Shown here piece after piece: positions 24,061 to 34,926 of a stretch of DNA of 37,121 bases. Within the stretch, counting starts at the first letter, position 1. Each line of letters begins with the position of its first letter. The position numbers and the translations under genes are program-made. Source of the DNA: Nemertoderma westbladi (Eukaryota; Animalia; Xenacoelomorpha); NCBI GenBank assembly GCA_032718475.1, contig JAUCBJ010006684.1:1-37121 (forward strand). Direction: 5' to 3'. The notes under the pieces were generated by a model that was not told the DNA's origin, did not search any database, and worked only from the letters and a program-made list of their open reading frames with translations.

Positions 24061-24539
24061 TTAGCAATAATATACTGATATAGTGCTGTAGTGAAGTGAT
24101 GCACTGCAATTCAGTAGACAGGTAGATAGAATATACAAATCAATTATTAAACAAGTCTGAACACTGAACCCTTCTTAGTCCCTGTCTGCGTCTGCCTGTA
24201 CTTTTACTGTAGTACAGTAGTACGGTACTGCGGTAGGTAGGTTGGTTTGGTACTCTGTCTGTCTGTACGATATCGTTAGTAGGCTGGTGGCGGTAGGTAC
24301 GAGGTATGTTGTTGTGAGTGTATTTGTTGTGTAGGGTGCTGTAGTACTCCAAAACAAAACAAAAAGTAAAGTCAATAATCTGTACGGTTCCAAAGTATTG
24401 GCTAAGCCTATAAAACAACCAATATGGAGAAAAAATAAATTGAACTGCATTATTTTACTATATCGCTTCCATAGTTACTGAAAAGTGAAAAGCTAATTAC
24501 TGTTACTGTACTCTTGGGTGCTCTTTAACTCCTGATGCT

Positions 24540-25158
24540 GCCTTACTCAATGTTACATAATTTAGTGATCTCGAATAATTATTACGTAACTAAAGAGCAG
24601 CTTAACTACATAAACCAAAATTAGATATTGACTTCCGTTTTGGAGTTCTCCTTGCAGAAACTAAAGTTGCAATAACTTTTGAGTGTGTCAATGGATTTCG
24701 CTCAAAGTACTGGTAAATATTTTCTTTCTACGTCGATGTTCTTTCAACACATGTACCGGTAATAAAATTGAAGAAATTCCACCAAAAATACTTGTATTCT
24801 TAAATTGTTACTTTTTCGCTCGAATATCCCCCAAAATCGGGAGAAAAAGGAGAAATTTTTCCCTAGGGAAGAAAGTATCCATAGCCATAATGCGATTGCA
24901 TTGAATTAACTTTTTGTCCCGGCGAAAAAAGTAAAACAAAATTTTATTACATGTATTGAAAGATCATCGAAGTAGAAAAGGTTTGCAAGAAATTTGAGGA
25001 AAATCCATTGAAACACTCAACAGTTATTGCAACTTTAGTGTCTGCTAGGCGAACTCCAAAACGGAACTCAATATCCAATATTGGTTTATGTAGTTAAGCG
25101 GCTCTCTAGTTAGGTAATAAATATTCGAGAACACTAAATTATTTAACATTCAGTGGGC
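24540..25158. mobile_element. Non-autonomous TIR/foldback element with about 210-bp imperfect inverted arms
   Basis: 24549-24755 is the reverse complement of 24948-25150 (e.g. CTTAACTACATAAACCAA / TTGGTTTATGTAGTTAAG and CTAAAGTTGCAATAACT / AGTTATTGCAACTTTAG). Confidence 0.8.
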
Positions 25159-25186
25159 TAAGTACCAATTTAAGAAAAAACTTACG

Positions 25187-25323
25187 TATTACATGGGAAT
25201 AATACGTAGAATATTATTTTTCAATATTCTCTCGACCCTTTACTAACCTCGCTGGCGCTCGGTAAATAAAATACCTCGAGAATAGCCTAGTGAAAAAAGT
25301 TATACTTTTTTCCCATGTAATAA
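25187..25323. mobile_element. Small MITE-like element
   Basis: Inverted termini TATTACATGGGA / TCCCATGTAATA. Internal CTCGAG/CTCGCTGGCGCTCG core. Confidence 0.6.
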
Positions 25324-25564
25324 ATAATTACATTATACTTTTTTCGCCGGAAACAAGTAAAATCAAGCATTCCTATGCGTAACTTTTTTCCCTAGGGGAA
25401 AAAATAATTTTTCTCACGACTTTGTGGTATATTCGAGCGAAAAAGTAAAAATTTTTAAGAGAGTAAAATAATTTTGTTTCGTAATTCAAAGACGTTCATA
25501 AGGTTATCCGATCCGTCTTATATAAAGTTTAAGTTATATATAAATATAATAACAAACACTCATG

Positions 25565-26388
25565 AGGGCTATGTACATATTACGTAAAGCCATTTTTGCC
25601 ATTTTTTGACACATTCCCCCATTTCTTGTAACACATAGTAACATGTGTTTTTGACCCCTCCCCCCCCCCCCCCCCCCGCCTAATAGTAACGTAACACTAG
25701 CTTGTGTAAAATTTTATAGTCGAAAATAATTTTATACTGTAAAGACAAAACGCAGTTATATTACTAGATAAAATAATTAAATATAATACTGTATGTAAGA
25801 ATGTGAATGAAATACAATTATTACAATTATTGACAATGTGGGCCCTTAGCCCTTGAAATATATTTATTTTATTATATTATAACAAGTTTAATAAAACTTA
25901 ATTCTTATTAATTATTACAATATTTATAATTATTGTAATCAATTGACTATTAACGCCCTTTATTATGTTCCGAAATATTTGGTATTCAATTCAATAAACA
26001 TCCATTAAACTAATTATTACGAAAAATGCGTTACAATCAATTCATTACAAATTGTAATGATTTGTAACGTATTTTTGGTAATAATTGTAATACAATTACG
26101 ATTTCGTGGATAAAGTTTTAACAATCAGACAATAATATAGAATTATTTTGGAATGAAAAAAATTGAAAAAAACGAGTCTAGTTGATAAATAACGGGAAAT
26201 GAGTATGTGATTACGTATGTATGCGTACGTAATGTCTACGTATGTAATTACACATTTGAAATTTAGGCGTTACCGTACGTAACGTTTCTTCCCGAACACT
26301 TCCCTCCCCATGTAACAAAATTGCAACGTGTAAGGTAGACCCCCCCCCCCCGTCCCTTGAGAGCGTTACGTAATATGTGAACAGTCCC
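25565..26388. mobile_element. Non-autonomous TIR element (PIF/Harbinger-like) with a 3-bp TSD
   Basis: TIRs AGGGCTATGTACATATTACGTAA vs GGGACTGTTCACATATTACGTAA (reverse complement of the right end). ATG duplicated at 25562-25564 and 26389-26391. Confidence 0.75.
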
Positions 26389-26416
26389 ATGTAAAAATAC
26401 CAGCCAATCACGACAA

Positions 26417-27286
26417 TCAAACAAGGGATTTCATTATTGCAATGCTTTGAGCACGATAACCTGAACCAAACTGATTCCAGTGGTTGAGATAATGAAACAA
26501 CAAATACAACTTATTTCGAGTTTCGGCGCCGGGGAGTTTCTCTATTAGCGAATGGTAACCGCGGTAGACGTCGCGACTAAACCCGCCGAACATCGCCATG
26601 ATGCCGAGGTCGTACTCGTGGTGTCCATAGAAGCTAGCGCAATCGAAGACCACAGGTGCGTCGCTGGTCTCGGTAGCGTTCCCACACCACAGATCCCCAT
26701 GGAGCAAGGAGGGTTCGACGAGAATACCTTGGAATAACGACGGGATTATTTGCACCAACTTCTGCCACAGAATGTTGCACTGGTTATCTCGAGTTCTATC
26801 AATCTGTCCCGCCAGTTTATCTTTATAGAATTCCACCCAAGACTCGTTCCATTCGTTCCCTTGAGGAAGATATCCACAGCAAGTAGGAACGCTAAACCCG
26901 AAACGATTTACCTTGTTGGGGTCGTCTTTGGGCAACCGGATGTTTTGGAGATGCAGCCTCGCCAACTGGATACCTAGTTCGTACAAAAAGTTCTCTGTTG
27001 ATCGCATATCGATATATTCCATCACCAAGGCGGCCCCTTTACCGGACACGTGGTCCAAAACCTTCATGGGTTTTGGGACGCGAATTGTTCCGGTGTCTGC
27101 CATCGCTTTTAGACCTGCATATTCACCCTCAAACATTTGTCTCGCTCCAGATTTCGAATTTTGTTTCACAAAGATTTGTCCGATGTCGGTTTGGTAACCC
27201 TGCCCACTGCTGATGCAACCGCTTCCACCGTGACCGAGTAACTTTATTGACTTGCAGCCTAAGTTTTCAATTAGAAAGGACTCCAT
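26417..27286 (-). CDS. FN3KRP: Fructosamine-3-kinase family protein (FN3K/FN3KRP, ketosamine-3-kinase), intronless, 289 aa
   Basis: GSGCISSG, FVKQN, MFEGEYAGL, FGFSVPTCCGYLPQ, PSLLHGDLWCGN, SFYGHHEYDL, LFHYLNHWN. The first ATG is at 27286 (the ORF track start at 27349 is a TTG). FN3K vs FN3KRP cannot be distinguished by eye. Confidence 0.93.
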   Translation of the reverse strand: MESFLIENLGCKSIKLLGHGGSGCISSGQGYQTDIGQIFVKQNSKSGARQMFEGEYAGLKAMADTGTIRVPKPMKVLDHVSGKGAALVMEYIDMRSTENFLYELGIQLARLHLQNIRLPKDDPNKVNRFGFSVPTCCGYLPQGNEWNESWVEFYKDKLAGQIDRTRDNQCNILWQKLVQIIPSLFQGILVEPSLLHGDLWCGNATETSDAPVVFDCASFYGHHEYDLGIMAMFGGFSRDVYRGYHSLIEKLPGAETRNKLYLLFHYLNHWNQFGSGYRAQSIAIMKSLV

Positions 27287-30200
27287 ATCAGCATATCGCA
27301 GGCGCGCCAATGGCCAATGGCAACTACCGGTAAGGGTACCGGTAGTCAATAACGTAGATTCAATTCACGTACGCTTTTAACTATTCAAACAGCCACCACT
27401 ACCAGCTACAACTGCAATAAACTAAACTATCAGGTAGATAGGACAGAGCCTTCACGTCAAGTGCAAACTTCCTGTTCCACTCGTAGTCTGACATAGGGTG
27501 TACGTTTAAATGTGCAAGAGTGAAACTAACAAATTCATCTTCCTGTTTTTCGAACTAACTTATTACAATTCATATTTCCCGCTAAAATTGAACCGACATA
27601 TATTATTGGTTAATATTAATACAGTAGTTATTTCATTAATAATTTAACATTCAAGTCCCCTTATTTCTTCTAATTTTATAACATTTTATTGTTATTCTAT
27701 TCCCCACAAACTTGGCTGGTTACGTACTGTTTATTATATTTCTGCATTCTTATCCTACAATACTGTACATGTAAAATTATTTGCCCCAGCGGCATCGTTT
27801 TGCAGTAAATTAGCTGTGATACTGTACAGTAGTTGGAGACCATAAAATAATACTTGTTGTCTTTACTGGGTGATGATCGGTTTTCCCATGCTGTTTCTCA
27901 TGCCGTTGCTAATAGTCCGGCAGAAAAATGTGGTGAACCGTGATTGTTTATACCCATAATTTATATAATTCTATATAATTCTATTCTATATAATTCCTTT
28001 CCACTTTTGGAATTTTTAGGCCCCTGGTATTGGGAACCCTGTAAAGTTTTCTCAACAAAAAAACGGTGAAATATTTATGAATAGATTACAAAAGCACATC
28101 TACAAATAATAATTGTATAAATTATACATATTTTACTTATGTGTATACTCTATATAACTAAAATAAATAAATTTTCGCCCGGAATTTTTAATAATTTTTG
28201 GTGAGATAACTTTTATTACATTGGTGTTGCATAATTTTAGGATAGCTTCAACTTGGGTGTGACTTTCTGCCTATACTGCGAGTAATGGCGAGTGAGGTAT
28301 TGCAGAGTAGGAAGTTAGTGTTAGAATCGTATGAAAATATCTTGCTCTTTCTCTTTCACTTTCATACAACACAAGCAAAAAAGTTTTTGCTTTACTCAGT
28401 TACATAATACCATCCCACACCCTGCTCCCCGTAATATAGGCCTTCGATTTGCAATGTGTCATTTATAACTATTTCCAGAAACAAGGCTGCAATGAAACTG
28501 GCGGGCATAAATAGCTATGAACCTGAATCACAAATAATTAGATTTTAGTGTTACACATGCACTGAGACAGTACAGTAATATAGTAGGCCTACATTATTAG
28601 TGTGAGAAAGATATCACTCTTATCTGGCTATACAATCTCAAGAGAAATTGTTAATTACTCACTAGCCAAGGGGGCGGGTGAAACCATGTGGAGTGGTGGG
28701 TGTCACGCAGCATAATTCTAGTTCCAACTTAAACTGACTCTTTTGTCGACAAGTTATCGGTAGTGCTAACGGTCACCTACCAATTACTTTCGGTGCGACC
28801 TGCGACAGCACCAGTCAGCCAGCAGCCTTCACAACCAAACGTCCCAAGGCCAACTTGATATCTTCCCCCATTGTATTTATTAATTGGTATACCGACTCGA
28901 ATACATCTTTAATTTACTTACAAATTATAAATCAATTCTTCACTTTGCATCGGGGCCTAATTGGAGTGTCATATGACAATATAACGACATTCCTATAAAT
29001 ATTAATATCTCTGAGCATTGGGTCCAGAATGGATTCCGCTGGTTTTAAATGTTCAATCAGAACTAAATAAAGGGGGAAGTCAAACTAAAATCCTATCATT
29101 AAATGTGTTTGAGTTTGTTTTAAATGAGTTTTTAAATGTGTGTGTTTAATTTTGTGAAATTTTTTTCGAGTGGGGGGGGGGGGGTGTTATTCTTAAATAA
29201 TGTGTACTAAAAGTGGTTGATCTAAATGAAAATGTTATTTATATTTTGAATCAGAGCTTAGAAATTAACCAGAAAAAGATGCAATGCAAAAAATGGTTTT
29301 TCAAATATACTGTTTATAATAAGTGAAAAGTTGTTTAATAAATTAGTAAATTATTTTGGACAAATGAAATTTTTAATCATTTTTAAACAATTTATCCGTT
29401 ACCTAGGAGACCAGCGCAGCACGTTGAACGTAAATTTTTTTAAATCGAATTATCTTACCGCGGTCTAAATCTGATTATCCAGAAATATTTTTGGTGTCCA
29501 TAATGGTAACCGCCTGATGTGGCTACGTCTCAATATATTCTATGTGTCAAACCGAACGTTGCAGTCCGTCAAAAATTACCAACCCAAACATTTGGTTTAT
29601 AAGGACATATGGGATTTTTGACATCTTTATACCCACAGGAACACACAAAAAATGATGTTTCTACCGTTCTATTGTCACTCTTGTTACAATTATCTTTTTA
29701 TATCTCATAATTTTGGAATAAAAAACATAAGTGCATACAAAGACACGAAGTACAACACTAAATGCAAATAGTTGTAAACGGAAACGCGACGCAGTGCCCT
29801 TATGTTTATTGAGATAACGATGTATTTTGTATTTGCATAGGAAGCCGCATAAATTGTTTGCATTGTAAACTTCATCAGGTATGTGCAAAGGAAAGCGAAA
29901 GGACGTCGTTTACTGATCATCCTCGCTTGGCGAAAGATTAAAGTGTAATTTGAAGTAAATTGCTGCCCATGCTGTTGGCCATGTTAATTACTGCATGGTC
30001 GGCACTTTGATGTCAGCTTAGAGGGACATTGTATTTGCTTGTAGAAAGTTTCCGGATGGATTAGCACAGGTATAGACCAACCCACGCTCGGATTAACTCC
30101 ACACATGCCGGCCCCTAGTCGGCCAGCGTAGCTGACTGATCGCCCGACTAATGCCCCTAATTGCTGTAAAACTGGTTATTCACCTGACTGCTTCCCCTTT

Positions 30201-31138
30201 CTTCTCGACTAATACCCGAATGGGGCGGCCCGATTTGAGATGATCCCGTAAGCTCTATAGGGGGTAAAGTCTCATTAGGTATATCCTGAGTATCTTTAGC
30301 TGGCTGTGTAGACGCCCCCGTTACAATGTCTCCTCGTAAACATAGTTGCGATACCGAGTCATTGGAACGGAAACAATTAGGTGGAGGTCAGGGCCGTTGG
30401 GTTGGTTGCCGTAAAGTTAAAGGAACAAAAAAATAACCACCAGTCCGCCGTCAAGGACTATAGCAAGAGGGTTTCTATTGAAGCAAAACCAATTAATCTC
30501 GGCACCTTTAGGTAGGTTGATGTCCAGTGACACTATTTATTTACTTACATTTACTCTGAGAATTTAAGGTTCTGTGAATTCTCCTTTGACTTATTTGTTT
30601 TTTGGTCCATTGCTGTTCGAAGCTGAGCGAGTCCCATTTCCAATGACAGAGGAAAACAATTATTCTATAACAAGCAGCTAAACTCATTAGCCACGTGGCG
30701 GCGTTGACCAAATCTAAAGGGGCCAGCGCACACATTGGTAATCTAATATTAGTGAGCAGTGGTGGGGAAATAATGTTCTATTGCTTTTTTGTGTAATTTA
30801 TCGAATTAACTTTCGACTTAATATACCAAATGAGCGGAATATCCGTGCGCGGGTTTATGATAAGGTTTCTTGAATCGGCTGTCACGGTATTTGATGGCGC
30901 CGCTTCCTCCGTCATTATATAAAGTTGGGTCATTACGTAAACGCAGTTTTTTTATGGATTGACGTGATTTAAACAGGATTTGATTGAGATAAAACACGGG
31001 GCCTGAAATTAATTGTTTTATCAGTGTATACCGTTGTTTGATAATTTGATAGGAACGAACTAACATGTAAATATGTTAGTTGTTCTGATATTACAGATGG
31101 CTGTACTGCAGAGACAGCGGAGCTTTTAGCCTTAACAT

Positions 31139-32202
31139 GGTGTCCGGACACTTCCCCCCCGGACAGTTCCCCACCCCCGTCCAAGTAGGACACTCCCCCC
31201 CCCGCACACTTCCCCCCCAGACACTCCCCCCCCACCCCCCCGACTGTTCTTAACTTCGCACATTCGTATTTTTCATTTTGTAAGGTAAACGGACCGCTTG
31301 TATCCAGATAAGTTGTATCCAATTTTCCTTTCGTAGCTCAGAAAGTGATCTTTTGCATCCCGATTTTACATTTTGTATCCAAGTTTTATTTATGGGTTTT
31401 ATCAATGCAATTACATTGTATTGTTTGCTAATCTTTAAACAAATAATTAGATGACCTATAAATTCCATCCCCCGAATGATATACTGTTTTTATTAAATAT
31501 AGAATTATAATAATTAATTGTTTTAATTATAGGTATTATTATGTAGTAATAGTCTTCTTCAAATTGTAGCAGATGGGGATGAATATTATTGTTGCAATCA
31601 AAACTATACCTCTCCAGGGTAAAATCGACATGCGTCGACCTGTATTCTGTGTTCAGCATTACATATTGATAAATTAATTAAATTTCCTGGTTACTTGCAA
31701 TATTTTTAATAGGATTTTGTCGAATTATATAATATTGTAGTAATTTAATAGTAACATTCAATACAGCTCCTACTCTAGGCTTAGTAAATTTATTATCTGA
31801 TGATACAAACATGAATTGATTTATTCCAAAATGGTTTCAAAGTTTTTCACCACGTGCACACAGGGAATGCCGGGGTTTGGAGACGGCAGCCCCCAACCAA
31901 AGAAGCGGGGGTTTGGGGGCGGCAGCCCCCAATTAAAAGAAAAAGAAACAAAATTTGACTATAAAAATATTTATTTTATAATTTTGAAAAAACTTGACTT
32001 GTTGTCCTGTAACCATCTTTAACTTTTGTTTATTGCTTTGGTGCACCCAGATTAATTTTAACACTTTAACTGGGGGGGAAGTGTCCGGGGGGGAAGTGTC
32101 CGGGGGGGGAAGTATCCGGGGGGTAAGTGTCCTACTTGGGCGGGGGAGAAGTGTCCGGGTGGGAACTGTCCGGGGGGGGGGGGGGGGGAGTGTCCTAGAT
32201 CC
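31139..32202. mobile_element. Non-autonomous Mutator (MULE)-like element with a 9-bp TSD
   Basis: CCTTAACAT duplicated at 31130-31138 and 32203-32211. Inverted C-rich/G-rich ends built from GGACACTTCCCCCC repeats. Confidence 0.88.
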
Positions 32203-32333
32203 CCTTAACATATTATGCCTTAATCTATGTTATTTGTTTAATTGATCTCATTTAGTTTTATCAACTGAATAGCGTGCATAGCTACATGAAACAGTAGGAG
32301 TCGTAAGCCATGATGAGATCGTTGTTATTAAGA

Positions 32334-32361
32334 GTGGGACGTGGGACGTGGGACGTGGGAC
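32334..32361. repeat. (GTGGGAC)4
   Basis: Directly visible. Confidence 0.85.
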
Positions 32362-32537
32362 TGCCAAAGTATTATAATCATATAAAGTGGTTTACATACT
32401 ATTAACACAATTTATTGTTGGAATAGGAATATTAAACATAAATAACGAATCGAGCGAGTGTAGGCCTATATAGTAAATATTTTATAAAACCCAACGTCGC
32501 TACTACTTTATCCACACGGACACGATGTGTATATATG

Positions 32538-33468
32538 CACCATGACCCGTAATATAGTGTCATTTTCTCATGACACGGACCTCTCCCCCCCCCCCCCCCC
32601 CCAAATTTTTCTTCAAATCTTTATCATATTGCTTGAAATTTGAAACACAACTAGTACCACTCACCGGGTTGTTACCATGAAGCCGGAATTTTCGATTTCG
32701 CCTTTAAATTTTATTAATAAGCGTTTTAAAAAAGTGTCTTTTTTCGAAATCGCACCCTCCGTATCGTGGCCATTCTTCACTTTAGTCGTAATTTTTTCAT
32801 ATCAATAGAAAGCTTGTGTTGAAAGGATTCCAAATATGTAGCAATGTCTGAATTTCGTTGAGAAACAGCTGAGAAATAGGCACTCAAAGATTGCAATAAT
32901 TATTGTTCACTGCAGGCCATTTATTCTATTTAATAAATAGACAATATTCTGGAACAATTTGTTTAGGTAGGATTAGCTATGCAATATAGATAACGTATAG
33001 GCATTCCGCTGTTGCCTACCAACTCATAAAATAAATAACACGTTCTAGAATATTGTGTATTCTATTGAATATTGAATATTGTGTAATATAATAAATGGCT
33101 TGCAGCGAACAATAATTCTTGCAATCTTTGAACGCCTTTTTCTCAGCTGTTTCTCAACGAAATTCAGACATTGCTACATATTTGGAATCCTTTCAACGCA
33201 AGCTTTCTATTGATGTGAAAAAATTACGACTAAAGTGAAGAATGGCAATGATACAGAGGGTGCGATTTCGCAAAAGACACTTTTTTAAAACACTTATAAA
33301 TATAATTTAAAGGCGAAATCGAAAATTCCGGCTTCATGGTAACAACCATACGGAGAATTGAACTAGTTGAGTTTCCAATTTCAAGCAATATGATAAAGAT
33401 TTGTAGAAAAATCTGGGGGGGGGGGGTCCGTGTCATCAGAAAATGACACTATATTACGGGTCATGGTG
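32538..33468. mobile_element. About 930-bp foldback (near-palindromic) non-autonomous DNA transposon
   Basis: Termini CACCATGACCCGTAATATAGTGTCATTTTCT / AGAAAATGACACTATATTACGGGTCATGGTG. Inverted arms of about 420 bp each with a short spacer, flanked by TA-rich sequence. Confidence 0.9.
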
Positions 33469-33572
33469 TATATATATCATCGGACACGATGATGTATATC
33501 TGGTAAAGAATTTACAATTAATATTATACCAATATACCAGCAGTTTGGGAGTCGCACATTGACAGTGTCTAG

Positions 33573-33724
33573 AGAAGATATACTACAAACGGCCATACGC
33601 ACACGGTCCAGAAGATATCCTGCAAACGGCCATACGCACACGGTCCAGAAAATATCCTGCAAACGGCCATACGCACACGGTCCAGAAGATATCCTGCAAA
33701 CGGCCATACGCACACGGTCCAGAA
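33573..33724. repeat. 37-bp tandem repeat, about 4 copies (AAACGGCCATACGCACACGGTCCAGAAGATATCCTGC)
   Basis: Units start at 33587, 33624, 33661 and 33698. No spacers. Confidence 0.93.
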
Positions 33725-34876
33725 AGAAGTGTTAACCACAATTTAAAATACCAATTTGTACGATTAACTTGACCTTATCGCACAAATGTTACATTTGTAT
33801 TATTGCAACATAATACATCGATCTCAATAAATTAGCCATTTACTATCAACCTACACAACCTGTCTGTAAAATGGTAATCCCATGTGTGAAGTTTTATATC
33901 ACCCTACATATTTAACTTGCCTACGTTTCAACAGAAGGACCCCCTTGGAAATAAGCTGCAAAGCTTTAGGAGTAATCCTATATGTTATGTTGGACAATAC
34001 CTTTATACCGGTACATTGTTTGGTGTATTTGTTATTGTTTTTACATAATGTATAAATAAATATATCTATCTATAGCAGCGGCGGAGTAAAGTAATGATTC
34101 CAGTTTTGAATAAACACCCACATAATTCCTAAAATGCACGGTATATTGTGTTTTCTTGGAAGAAAATAATATATTCATACAATGATATAGTTTGCCTCGA
34201 AGTGTTTAATAATTGATTAAATCTCTTGCAAATTTCAATTGATGTATATAATATACACTATTGGTGCATTGCAGATACACTGTACGTGTACACATACTGT
34301 AGATTCTAGGGCTATCATTTTCTGTCATAGATTCACCCCTTTCTTCCTTTAGTTAGGCATCTTCTTTGATCTTAGTTCTTAAGAATTGTCAGTATCCCCG
34401 GATTCCCGCTAATGTTTATGCTGTCTCCCAGGTTCCTACTTAGGATTATCGATTTATATTGATCTCATCGGAGACCAGGAGGACCACTGGGAATAGATAA
34501 CTTCTAGTAGTAAAGCGTAACCGGCCTCCACTGAACCGTAGGTTCTTATCGCTTCCTATCTGAGGGATTATACTGTCGCTCGTACGTTTAATAGTTCGCT
34601 TCTCGTCGGTTCAGGTGTAAAATATGATCAAAGTTTGATCGTATTAGAATCCTCGTCATAATCTCTCTAATCTAATGTATTTTTGCAGACAGACATATTA
34701 TTGCACCGCATTATTTCTATACTTAAATATTAACTCATCCTGTCCTGTCCCTGACCCACCATTGAAGTGACCCCATCACCCCATCAACATCCTTTCCGGT
34801 TTTCGTGGACGGTAGACCAACAAATCAGGTTCAAATGACCCTTATATACTGTATAAAACCGCTCGGTTGGGTGAAC

Positions 34877-34926
34877 TCTTAGCCCGCGAGTATTCTTAGC
34901 CCACGAGTATTCTTAGCCCGCGAGTG
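34877..34926. repeat. 17-bp tandem repeat, about 3 copies (TCTTAGCCCGCGAGTAT)
   Basis: Directly visible. Confidence 0.75.

Noticed and set aside
27287-27349. N-terminal extension of the FN3K ORF
   Set aside because: It starts at TTG; family similarity begins at the ATG at 27286.
28920-29070. Possible very old RT remnant (AESILDPML on the minus strand)
   Set aside because: Too short and degenerate to call by eye.
33573-33724. 37-bp repeats as a mini-CRISPR
   Set aside because: Units are contiguous with no spacers.
33860-34073. Possible LINE/SINE 3' end (AATAAA followed by (TATC)n)
   Set aside because: No coding remnant or TSD to support it.
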